A stretch of 35,845 bases of DNA from Tubiluchus corallicola (Eukaryota; Animalia; Priapulida): the NCBI GenBank assembly GCA_030141605.1, contig JAQGDQ010001533.1, forward strand, positions 1 through 35,845, written 5' to 3'. A program made the translations under genes and the position numbers. How positions within the stretch are numbered: position 1 is the first letter of the stretch; each line of letters starts with the position of its first letter. Positions 10,798-22,042 of this stretch are shown piece after piece. A model generated the notes under the pieces. The model was not told the DNA's origin, did no database searches, and saw only the letters and a list, made by a program, of their open reading frames with translations.

Positions 10798-11703
10798 CTA
10801 GGCATTTACATTATTTTTCCTCGACAGTATTTCTGCAAATGCTTTTCTGAATATCGAGCTGCTGGCAGCATACATGATAGGATTTAGACAGCTATTGAAA
10901 AAGCCTAATGCTGCTAGAAACTCATTCATTGCCAGCCGACCAGTAGATACTATCCTGTAATGCATGTCAATCATGCCTGGTAACCAGCATATTATGAATG
11001 TGACGGTCACGATGCCCAGCGTACGTGTCCCTTTTACTTCCCTTTTCGTTTTTACCGATTGCTGTCTGTTAATCGCACGGATTATTCTCGCCTGCCTTCG
11101 TACGACCCTCCATATCTTCACGTACATAATTATTATTGCTACAGCAGGAGCAAAGAACATAAACACACCTTGCATATGTACGAGCAGTATTTTTAATGTG
11201 AAGTTCTTGGACGTTGCTTCGTAGTATAAAGCATACAGTATTAACTCAAATGCGATGGAAATCTACCAAACGAAACCGATCATAAACTTCACTACTTTCT
11301 CAGTAATGTAGATGTTGTATTTGAGTGGATAAATAACTGCTATGTACCTTTCAACTGCTATAGCAGTGATGTGGTATATGCTTGCAAATGCTAATATGAT
11401 CAGTATTGTCCGTGCTATGATAAACAGTTTGTAACTAGGCAGTATAACAGATGCGATCACACTTGTTGACACGACTCCGGCGGTAAGGTCTGTCACAGCG
11501 AGTGATGCGATCAAATAATTTGTTCTGCTTCTTAAGTAATGAAATTTATATACAGCTAAAAGCACCAGACTATTTCCAAAAGTTGATGTTAGGAAAATCA
11601 CAATAAGCATTAGTGTCTGGAGCATCCAGATGTTGCCGTGCGAATAGACAAACCAGGTGGGGCCAGATTCTTGCGAAGCATTTGATAAAGAAAAGCTTTC
11701 CAT
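10798..11703 (-). pseudogene. Full-length intronless class A GPCR (301 codons) with one in-frame TAG at 11263-11265 (GPCR1b)
   Basis: ATG at 11703, N-glycosylation site NAS, and 7TM motifs. It has TGG TAG ATT where the twin has TGG TCG ATT. The frame continues to the normal stop at 10798. Confidence 0.85.
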
Positions 11704-11864
11704 TCTCTCTTTTTACAAAGTGGTGCTCACTTCTTAATTGGGTATATTCGGTTATCGGTACAGTATTTTGATCCCAGTAACAGTTGTTCAAAGTTGTTCA
11801 AGACTTCATCTGTACATCTTACAGATGCAGGTCTTACATCTGTACAGTTTAACTAGAAAGACCT

Positions 11865-12530
11865 GCATTGTGCCACATTACAAAGCGACTGGAAGTTTTA
11901 AGTTCTCTATGTTGTGCCACATTACAGAGCAACTAGAAGTTGTAAGTTCTCTATCTTGTGTTACATTACACAGCAACTAGAAGTTGTAAGTTTTCTATGT
12001 TGTGCCACATTACAAAGCAACTAGATGTTGTAAATTCTCTATGTTGTGTCACATTACAAAGCAACCAGAAGTTGTAAGTTCTCTATGTTGTGCCACATTA
12101 CAATGCTACTAGAAGTTGTAAGTTCTCTATGTTGTGCCACATTACAAAGCAACTAGAAGTTGTAAGTTCTCTATGTTGTGCCGCATTACAAAGCAACTAG
12201 AAGTTGTAAGTTCTCTATGTTGTGCCGCATTACAAAGCAACTAGAAGTTGTAAGTTCTCTATGTTGTGCCGCATTACAAAGCAACTAGAAGTTGTAAGTT
12301 CTCTATGTTGTGCCACATTACAAAGCAACCAGAAGTTGTAAATTCTCTATGTTGTGGCACATTACAAAGCAAGCAGAAGTTGTAAGTTCTCTATGTTGTG
12401 CCATATTACAAAGCACCAAGAAGTTGTAAGTTTTCTATGTTGTGTCACATTACAAAGCAACCAGAAGTTGTAAGTTTTCTGTGTTGTGCCACGTGACAGA
12501 ACAACTGGTAAATTCTCTACATTCTGTCGT
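11865..12530. repeat. 44-bp minisatellite, about 15 copies
   Basis: Unit ACATTACAAAGCAACTAGAAGTTGTAAGTTCTCTATGTTGTGCC. Confidence 0.92.
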
Positions 12531-12824
12531 GTTACAGAGCAGCAAAAAGTTCTTTATTTCGCACTACATGCTTTACATCACACATGCGTCGTGTCCTACC
12601 TGCGAACTTTCACTATTCACTGTTTCCTGCCATGACTTAATGGAAACAATTATTAATTCAATGCTGTGTGCTTGTACAAATATTTTACCTGCCATTGACA
12701 CGTTATATACTTCGAAGCTTTGTCACTATTGTTAACTGAGTAAACATTAGAAATGTAGTAAATGATAGAAAACTAATACTCATTATTCACAGGATTACTC
12801 GCTGTGATCTAGGATGATAATGTA

Positions 12825-13545
12825 GTATTAATAATAATAATTTATTCATTCGTAAAATGCTCTTTCAATAAATTTTTTTCAAAGGCGCTGTATAATTAAA
12901 AATATTTAGCACAACAGCAGCAACAACAGCAGCAGCAGCAACAGCAACGACGACGACGATAATGTATTTATTTAAAAACTGTCTTTCAATAATTTTTTTT
13001 CAAATGCTGTGTGAAATTAAAGGTATTTAGATAAAATACTAAAAAATGTAATACAACTAAATCTATCTATAAATCAAAATCTGCAAAACATTCCCCACTT
13101 ATACATAAAAATACTACTTAAAAGGTAAATTTTCAGTTTCTTTTTAAAAGAATTTAAATTTAAGCATTCTCTAATTTCAATTGGTAGCTTATTCCCGCGC
13201 TTTGGCGAAATGCTTAAAAATCCTAAATTGGCAAAGACTTTCTTTCTATTAAAAAGCACAACAGGTTCTAATTCATTTGCTTTGATAGCTCTCGTGCTCC
13301 CGTTATAAACATAAAATTGTGGATGTTTAGCCAAGTAAGCTGGAGTGTCAGTCTTTGTAATGTTTTGTAGGTCAAAATTATTATTTTAAAAGTACACCGA
13401 CCTTTGCTTGGTAGCCAATAAAGAATATGCAAAGCATTTGTTACGCTATCATATTTTGTAACACCTGTTGTAACTTTGGCAGCCCAGTTTTGCACCCTTT
13501 GCATTGGCTTCAAGGTGCATTGTGGGAGTTGTTTAATTCCCAAAC
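12825..13545 (-). mobile_element. L2/CR1-group LINE 3' fragment
   Basis: Encodes MQRVQNWAAKV...LHILYWLPSKGRCTFKIIILTYK and NKLPIEIR...LNSFKKKLKIYL, typical of the L2 ORF2 C-terminus. An L2-like 3' end with AATAAA/(TTA)n tail appears duplicated at about 12830-13030. Confidence 0.8.
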
Positions 13546-13973
13546 GGCGAATAATAAAATAATAATAACATAAACAAATATTGAATTTGCTTACTTTGAT
13601 GAAACAAGCAAAAACATGATACACTTCATAGAATTCTTAGTTAAGTACTTTTTTAGTTTTTTACTAATGCATTTATAGTGGTAGGATTTTGAATTTTGTT
13701 TCTTTCTGATATTTCTGCAATGCTGCATTGCGCACGCCGACACTGCCGTATAGAAATCCATGCCTTTCCAACAAAAATGATTTGACTGGTCACCTGCAGC
13801 GCTGACCACTTCTGTTTGACCAAATATTCTTTCCCTTTGCAAGCCATTCTGCGATATTCACTAATAACTTTGAACATCTCGAAAGAGCTTGCGGACGGTG
13901 GCATAGTTAATAGTGGAGCAAGGGGAGCAACGGCTCCACCGAGTACATTTTCAAAGCTGGTACCTTCTCAACC

Positions 13974-14960
13974 CAACAATATGGCATGTGGAAATAATAA
14001 TAATTGGCCAATTACTTGCCAACGTATGCATTATCCATAATGAAATAGAGGTTAGAAACGGGAACATGTTTGTCGTGAATATGCAATGAATTACACAACA
14101 AAGTAGGTATTAAATCATAATCACAGTAATCATAATCTTTTCTATTTATCCTGCAATACACGTACAGTCATAATACAATTAATTTGGAAAAAAATATTGT
14201 GAAGAAAGGGCAGCGAAAGACCAATTGGTCATCTAGTCAGCTGCCCTTTGTTTAGTGATGAACATTTTTATAAGCGCTGTGCTACAGTGTATTAGTGTTA
14301 GTACTGCTTGTAGTTAGTCATTCTTACAATTGACATTAAATTGATATGTTTGTAATGTGTTATATATAACGTATCAATACAATTCATACGCAGTAATAAT
14401 AATTGTATAATAAAGTCAAAACAAGAACTGAAAATAAAAACTGACAACAGAAACAAGAACAATGGCAACCAAAATATACTTCACGTCACAAGCATAATTT
14501 TTGATGGTCAAAATACAAATAAAAATGAATATTAGAAACTGGAACCACAGGTCAGTCTGCAATGAATTATACATGACAAGATTAAGTGATATATATTTAT
14601 TAATGTGTCATTTTCTTTTCTCATACTTTATTAACTATGCCAATAAATACGTATCAAAAGTGCAACTGACACTTTGCCATCCACAGTGAGCAGAAACTCA
14701 TTCACAACATTTTGAGGTGTAAATGTACCAGCCCGCCATGTGGGTAAATGCAGTTGGATGCTGGTTACATCACTAAACCCATTCAAAGAATTGCTCAACG
14801 AAATAATTGCTGGTTTAAATCATATGCATCTAATAATTGAAAATAATATACCTAACAATATGGCATGTGGAAATGATAATAATTGGCCAATTACTTGCCA
14901 ACGTATGCATTATCCATGATGAAATAGAGGTCAGAACGTGTTTGTGAATATGCAATGAAG
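13974..14960. repeat. About 110-bp direct repeat (13974-14090 and 14855-14960)
   Basis: AACAATATGGCATGTGGAAAT.ATAATAATTGGCCAATTACTTGCCAACGTATGCATTATCCAT.ATGAAATAGAGG occurs twice. Confidence 0.85.
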
Positions 14961-15169
14961 TATACATTTCCTGTTTCTGTGCATTACTGCAACCCTGTAC
15001 ATGTACACTGATATCCTAAGTTACATTAATATTATACCACAAAGTATGACATTAATACCTTATGGGCAGAATTGAGTGAATAGGCAACTCACTTACTGAT
15101 TTTTTAACAAGCTAATATTTGTCTGTATTACTCCAGAAAATGTTTTCGTAAGCAACCGACATCGGTCAC

Positions 15170-16129
15170 TCAGCCCTCGACAGCTGTTTGAGATCTTTGT
15201 TGTGAATCAGTCTTGGTTATCCCGGTTGTCACTCTTATGGATTGACTTTGACTGCTTACCAAGCTCACAAAGCCCCTTCTGAACTGTGAATTACTTGCAG
15301 CATAGACTACGGGATTGATAGAACTATTCAGCATTCCAATGCAAAACAAGAGCACTCGGTAACGAAAAATGCTGCAGCAGACCAACTGGTAGAGTTTGTC
15401 AACGAAAGCTGGTGCCCAGCAACAGATAAACACGCATGTTATGATAGCAAGTGTCTTTGTTGCACGAATCTCACATTGTTTAATGGATATCGGCTGCTGG
15501 CGATGCAGATTGTATGTCCGTCTGATCTGCTGCACAACTACTCTAGCTATCTTCGTGTATATGATAATAAGCAGTAATGACGGTAAGAAAAAAATCCACA
15601 TCATGTGAATAAACGCTAACGAAAACGTCTTCTCCCATTCCTCTTTCCAATATTCCATCAACATGTGTTGTGAAATCTGAATTATTGCTGATGTGATCCA
15701 TGCAAAGCACACTAACAGCTTGATAGTCTTTTCCGTTATCCAGGCATTGTATTGGAGTGGGTACACAATGGCTATGTATCGCTCCGTTGCTATTATAACA
15801 ATGTGCTTAACACTGACACCGCATGTAAAGGCTTGTACACATGTGGCAAATCTAGTTACAAGAGCTGCTTTTGTGCAAAAACCTATGAAAAATCCTAAAC
15901 ATGCAATACCCACTATCAGATCTGCGACTGCCAATGATGCAATTAAGTAGTTTGTTCTTGTTCTCAGACTCTGTACTTTATAAACAGCTGAAAGAACCAA
16001 ACCGTTTCCAATGCTTGCTGTTACAAATATGAAAGGTAGTAAAAAGTTTGCAAAATTTTCAAAGTATACGGGGGAAACAATGCCAGCAGCGCTGTCTGTT
16101 GATGTGTTTGTTACAGAAATGTTCCACAT
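15170..16129 (-). CDS. Intronless class A (rhodopsin-like) orphan GPCR, 319 aa (GPCR2)
   Basis: Seven hydrophobic segments; GN, TNYLIASLAVAD, ERY, CWAP, NSSINPVVY, F-R helix 8; N-terminal N-glycosylation sites. Confidence 0.93.
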   Translation of the reverse strand: MWNISVTNTSTDSAAGIVSPVYFENFANFLLPFIFVTASIGNGLVLSAVYKVQSLRTRTNYLIASLAVADLIVGIACLGFFIGFCTKAALVTRFATCVQAFTCGVSVKHIVIIATERYIAIVYPLQYNAWITEKTIKLLVCFAWITSAIIQISQHMLMEYWKEEWEKTFSLAFIHMMWIFFLPSLLLIIIYTKIARVVVQQIRRTYNLHRQQPISIKQCEIRATKTLAIITCVFICCWAPAFVDKLYQLVCCSIFRYRVLLFCIGMLNSSINPVVYAASNSQFRRGFVSLVSSQSQSIRVTTGITKTDSQQRSQTAVEG

Positions 16130-16712
16130 TGTTTACAGCTTTTTACTACACACAGAAGACAATGTCATCAGTGCTTTCTGTTGATGTGTTTGCTACTGAA
16201 ATGTTCCACATTGTTTAAAGCTTTTTACTTCACACTGGAAACAATGCCAGCAGTGCTGTCTGTTGATGTACTTGCTACTGAAATGTTCCACATTGTTTAA
16301 AGCTTTTTAGTTCACACTGGAAACAATGCCAGCAGTGCTGTCTGTTGATGTACTTGCTACTGAAATGTTCCACATTGTTTAAAGCTTTTTACTTCACACT
16401 GGAAACAATGCCAGCAGTGCTGTCTGTTGATGTGTTTACTACTGAAATGTTCCACATTGTTTAAAGCTTTTTACTTCAGACTGGAAACAATGCCAGCAGT
16501 GCTGTCTGTTGATGTTTTTGCTACTGAAATGTTTCACATTGTTTAAAGCTTTTTACTACACACAGGAAACAATGGCAGCAGTGCTTTCTGTTGACATATT
16601 TGCTACTGAAATGTTCCACATTGTTTAAAGTTTTTTAATACTCATTTGAAACAATGCCAGCAGCACTTTCTGTTGACTTGTTCACTACAAACATGTTCTG
16701 CATTGTTTAAAA
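16074..16712 (-). repeat. 82-bp tandem repeat, 8 copies, containing the GPCR2 start codon and first ~19 codons
   Basis: GAAACAATGCCAGCAG...GAAATGTTCCACATTGTTTAAAGC recurs every 82 nt. The proximal copy is the actual ORF start. Confidence 0.93.
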
Positions 16713-17352
16713 CATTCTTTTCAAACAGAGTTCCTCTTTACCACATGTTCTTTAGCAGATGTTCTTGAACAGTCTGATCAGCTCCAACTTTTTGCCAATT
16801 TTGAAATAAAACATGAAGCAAATCACGTTTATTTTCATTGTTATTGTGCTTACGTAATCCGTTCACTGAGTGGTTTTGGAAAGCACTACTACACAGAGAA
16901 TATGCACTCATCCAGTTTAAATGCCTCTACCATTATTGTGGTAACAAGTCTCGCTCTCTACATTGGCTTGTCTATGCCAAGTATTGTTTCACTACTCCGT
17001 AACTTCGACATTTTATCAATGCAGTGTGCAACTATGGCCTTCTTGCAGTACTTTCTCAATTACTGATTATATTTGTTTCTTGTTTGAAATGTGACCAGTG
17101 TTAGTAAATACAGTATAGTGTGTGCTTGAAACTAAATACTTATTATTGTCGATTCATTGACAAAGTCGTCACTGTGACAATACGAGACTTGGCATGCAAG
17201 CATATCATTATTCTGAATTCTCTTTACTCTCATCTGGTTTCAACAGCTGCTGATATTTCGTTTTTTGTTTTTTCTCCTAATTTGCCACATAGAAGCTAAA
17301 TTTGCCACAATAAAGAAGAGGTTGTTTTCGGTTTTTTTTCAGAAGACTCTAG

Positions 17353-17882
17353 CAGTGGCGGCTCGTGTATAGGTACTGTAAAACTGCAGCGCCCCCTATT
17401 TTCGCTCAATATTATCGATAATATTCAATATAATACATCTTTTTTCTTTAGTTCTCTCTTTATACTTGCACAGAACCAAAGCCTGTGAGGGTAGTACTGT
17501 TTGCTTCACAGCTCAGCACAGTGCACTCCAGCAACGCTGTGTTTGACTGTTGTGTGCATATGGCCATGTACACATGGCACATATGGCCATGTGCACATAT
17601 CCGAGCCCAGGTAGAGAAAGTACTGTCACTCACACAGTTTGTTGTCATTACTGTGAATGGATCGAGCTTGAACTGTGGCCATTAGTAAGCAAAAAATATT
17701 TTTTGTTTATGATTTTATCAAGTTTATGGTATAAACTTTTATATGTTTGTTTGTTAAAAAATACAAATACAAATTACAACATGAAAATTACGCATGTTTG
17801 TTTAGTTTTACACAGTATTAAAACAACGGCTAAAATTTTTCCTCTCACCACTCACACTAATTTTAGCTATAAGTTGCCACTG
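17353..17882. mobile_element. hAT-like MITE
   Basis: TIRs CAGTGGCGGCTCGT and ATAAGTTGCCACTG. Flanking 8-mers GACTCTAG and GGCTCTAA (6/8 match, degenerate TSD). A partial second copy lies at 24117-24313. Confidence 0.7.
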
Positions 17883-18746
17883 GGCTCTAACTACCACGTT
17901 CCTAAATATGGCTTGATATTTTCTCAAATTTGCTCATGTTCCTCAGCATAGCTGAACATTTCCTCAGACTTCCTTGTGTTCTTCCCTGAGACTAAGTTCT
18001 TTCTCAGGTCTACTTATGCTCAGCAATGTGACTGAACTGAGCATCAGACTTCCTCGTGTTGTTCACTGTTTCCAAGCACTGAAATATGCCCATGCTCCTC
18101 AATATGGCTGAACTTTGTTCATGTTTTTGAATGTGGCTCAGTACGTACTCAGGGTTGATCATGCTCCTCAGTACTACTGAGCAGTTCTTCAGTGTGGCCG
18201 AGCACTTCCTTAGAGTTCCTCAGTATGGCTGCATGTTTCCTCAGATTTGCTCGGGTTCTTCAATATACGTTGAACATTGCCTGAAATCTGCAAACTTTCC
18301 AAGAAAATAAACAAATAATAATATTTTTCATTACTTTACATCTGTTGTTCTTGTAATCTTAAGAAATTCACTTACATAGAACACTTAACAATTTGAACAG
18401 TTACAGTTCAACAAACTGTACTTTATTATGTAAACATTGTATTAGCAAGGTTATTACCATTGCATTTTACAGTGCACTGCTGACATGAATGCATCTAGTT
18501 ACAGTCTACACAAAAGGCCCTATGTCAATCGTGAATGTTCATTCCAGGAGCTGCTTGTCTTTGGCCATCTGGGCTTTGTTAACTAGTAGCCATGACGGAA
18601 TGGTCATGGTGGATAGGTAGAATCCTGTCCAGCTGGTTATTCTGTCACTTCTTGCTGTTTCTGGTTTTGTTACCCTATACAAGTGATTCAGCAGTTCTTG
18701 CCCATTGACGGACATTTGCAGTTGCTGCATGTACCTCTTATGCAAC

Positions 18747-19649
18747 TCATGTAGAAGTTGTTTGACTTTGACTGCTTACTAAGCTCACAAAGGCCCTTCT
18801 GAACTGTGAATGAGTTGCAGCATAGACTATAGGATTGATGGAACTGTTCAGCATTCCAATGCAAAACAAGAGGACTCGGTAACGCAGTACCCCACAACAG
18901 ACAACCTGATAAAGTTTTTCACTGAAAGGCGGTGTCCAGCAGCAAATATACACACACGTGATGATGGCAAGCGTCTTTGTAGCCCGAATCTCACGTTGTC
19001 TAATAGAAATCGGCTGCTGGTTCTGCAGACAACTTGTTCGTCTGATCTGCTGTATAACCACTCTAGCTATCTTTGTGTACATTATGATCATCAGCAGTGA
19101 TGGTATAAAGAAAACCAATGTTGTACCTATTAGTGTGAATGTAAGTGATTTCTTCCATCCATCTCTCCAGTAGCTGAGTAACATCACTTGTAAACCCATA
19201 GCTGCTGCAGAAACAATCCACGCAAAGCACACTAACGTCTTAATAGTTTTCTCTGTTATCCATATGTTGTATTGTAGAGAATGTACAATAGCTATGTACC
19301 GCTCCGCTGCAATTATAATGACATGAACGACGCTAGCAGAGGTTGTAAAGATTTGTAAGAACAGGGCAATTTCAATTAGAAAGAACGCTTTTATATGAAA
19401 ACCTATGAAAAATATTAGACATGCAAATCCTACAATCAAGTCTGCAATTGCCAATGATGTGATTAAATAATTTGTTCTTGTTCTTAAATTGTGCACTTTA
19501 TAAACGGCTGAAATGACGAGACTGTTTCCAACACTCGACGTTACAAATGCAAAAGGCAATAAGAAATTTGCCAGATTTTCAAAGTATACCGGAGGAATGA
19601 TGCTATAAGTGCTCTCTGTTGACGCGTTTAATTCAGCAATGTTTTGCAT
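18747..19649 (-). CDS. Intronless class A orphan GPCR, 300 aa (GPCR3)
   Basis: Paralog of GPCR2 with ERY, CWTP and NSSINPIVY motifs. Confidence 0.93.
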   Translation of the reverse strand: MQNIAELNASTESTYSIIPPVYFENLANFLLPFAFVTSSVGNSLVISAVYKVHNLRTRTNYLITSLAIADLIVGFACLIFFIGFHIKAFFLIEIALFLQIFTTSASVVHVIIIAAERYIAIVHSLQYNIWITEKTIKTLVCFAWIVSAAAMGLQVMLLSYWRDGWKKSLTFTLIGTTLVFFIPSLLMIIMYTKIARVVIQQIRRTSCLQNQQPISIRQREIRATKTLAIITCVYICCWTPPFSEKLYQVVCCGVLRYRVLLFCIGMLNSSINPIVYAATHSQFRRAFVSLVSSQSQTTST

Positions 19650-19793
19650 TGTTTAAAGCTCGTTACTTTCAAAGAATGTTTCTTGATTCTAAATATTTAA
19701 TTCAGGTTCCACAAATGACAAGCTCTAACATTTTTGGTAGTTTCCAAATGAAAGTGAAATGAATTACATCTGTTTCCACCTGATATTAGTTAG

Positions 19794-20200
19794 TTATGGT
19801 TGCCCTTCCCTGACGAAGACTGTGATCCCTATTGCTGTTGATTTCTTCTTAAATGAGCATTGGTATGACTTACGAGTCCAATTCTTGAGTGACATATCCA
19901 TCGACACTGGGGGCATGGGAAGAAGGCATGTGAGGAACGATCCCGTGATTGATGGCGCAGGTATTCTTCTCTCTTCCATCCATTTGTCGCCTGTGATTTT
20001 CAAAGGCAAGTGTGCCCTTTTCACAGAGTTGCTTCCAGCATTTTCGGTCGCTTGTAAGATTATCCAGTTCTTTAAAATCGATGTCACAAAGTTCAAGTAT
20101 TTTTCAAATTGTCTTTATACCTGTTTTTCTGACCACCGGTTGACCTTTGACTGACCAGATATACGCTGCATAGTAGACCACAGAGTGTTTTTAAAGTAAA
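19794..20200 (-). mobile_element. RTE-clade LINE 3' fragment
   Basis: Degenerate frames give GQKNRYKDNLK...SDRKCWKQLCEKG...FENHR and a terminal zinc-finger-like CPQCRWICHSRIGLVSHTNAH, followed by a short 3' UTR. Confidence 0.75.
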
Positions 20201-20699
20201 GCCCTCACAACTAATGCATGCTGACTTGATAACATCTATATTGTTTTCCCTTTTTACAAGTCACACTATCTTTCTCCATCTGTTAGGATCCACACTGTGT
20301 ATAGAACTCGTCTGTGCAAGAACTGTTTTGCGCTTATAACATGCATATCTCTATCATGCAGCACAACTGTAGTCTGGGAAAATGTTATAGCACTCATTGG
20401 TTATAATTGTTTGAAGCCTGACCAGAGTTAGTAAATGCGGCATAATGAGTAAATGGAAACTTAATATTTGCTGCTACCCAACATACATGTATAGTATTAC
20501 TGTAAATCTTCTTGTTTTCACCTAGTTTGCGCAGCTGCTTTATTGACATGGCCATTATTATAAAGTGTCAGTAAGGTAAAATCACTGTGCATTATTTTCT
20601 CTAATTTGCCCATAGGGAACAACTGCATTTCCATTTAACAAGATGCTCCTCTATTCCATAAAGGAATACAGGATGATACTACCGCATTTTTCAGTCCAG

Positions 20700-20905
20700 T
20701 AAAAGTATACATTTTTACACAATACTGCAAAAGCATTTTTGATAATTAAATAATAGATTAATAATTTAATTAACACCGGGCGAGCCCAACTATTGATGAC
20801 ATCACAAACTAACATAATTTTCAACAGCAAAAATATTCCACGAGCGTGTTGCACATGTTTGCGAAAGCGAAAATTGAGGTACACTGCTACTGTAAGATAT
20901 TCAGT
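20700..20905. repeat. Fragment of the 8699-9246 / 29575-30103 repeat family
   Basis: Shared AATACTGCAAAAGC..TGATAATTAAATAATAGATT and CAACAGCAAAAATATTCCACGAGCGTGTTGCAC. Confidence 0.75.
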
Positions 20906-22042
20906 AGGTTTCAATGAAGCTCCATATAATGCTTATTTATTTCTCATTCTCTGGTAGAACATCTAGGCCGGAAATAAAAATAAAAAACAATATTCTTCTT
21001 CAACTTGCATTACCCCTGGCAAAGCAAAGAGACTCATACTGCAGCAAACAAAATTCAACATGTTCAAGTGTCAGTAACATAAATAATTCGTGTGCACGGC
21101 ACGTAAAACAATTTTTGATAGTGTCCGCAACAACAATGATGACTGTTGTTGACAGGATTGACTACACCTTGGACGCCAGTCTTGCAAGGATTCAAAGAGT
21201 GAGCAAAACAAACGTGTGGACTAGTTAGTGAAAAAAGTCGAAAACATGACAAATTATATGCCATAGTCCTGCAACAAGAGCTGTTGTACAAGTTGCTTAT
21301 GAAACGTATGTGTTAATCTCATTGGGGAGAATGATATAACCTTCCTTTTCTGCGTCTCTCCGTTACGGATTGTCCTTGATAAGGACATTGGTTCCAGTCT
21401 TGTCACAGCATGTCACAGATGCGAGCACTTAATTTACAGTTTATTATTAATTTTGGTTTGTAGTTTTAAACTTTAATTTTGCCGACATCTGTAGGTTTCA
21501 ATATATCTATATACTTGCTACCGCTATATGTTTGTATATAACTGGGTTACTTGGCTTCTCTGTGGATGTAGTAGTTTTTTACACTTGGTAGCATGATTAC
21601 AAGAGAAGCAAGCGATGGGCTTAAACAGTTGTGTAGTCAAAAACAACGTTTTTACTCAGATGCCATGATGTATTCGCTGATAGATTTACTTTGACTTTTC
21701 TCGACGGCGGTTGACCATGTTTGCCATTTTGTGTATATGCGGATTGACTATGAGACTGTGATTTTGAGTAAGTTAAACCATGTTTTCGTCTGTTGATTTC
21801 ATCTGTTTAACACGAACATGTGAACTTCAAAAACATTCTAATTAACCTGCCAATGTCGGTTGTTGGCTCTCTGCGGAATGTCCCAGCGACAACTCTAGCA
21901 TCATGACGCAGCAATCTACGTAAAGCTTTGATTGCTGAAAATTGGCTTTGCTGTACTGACATCATAACAATGGCTGCCCATCGACTGTTGACTTGCGACC
22001 CGTCATTGTTAGTCTGCCTTACTGCTGTACCCCACAAATAGT

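Noticed and set aside
11865-12530. Regular arrays here and elsewhere as CRISPR
   Set aside because: Units are contiguous with no unique spacers, no cas genes are present, and the context is a spliced eukaryotic genome.
18539-18749. Stop-codon read-through or frameshift extension of GPCR3 and GPCR4 (both end TST-TGA)
   Set aside because: In-frame stops follow within a few codons, and the downstream ORFs are not conserved between paralogs.
15396-19173. Plus-strand ORFs overlapping the GPCR genes
   Set aside because: Antisense shadows of the GPCR coding sequences.
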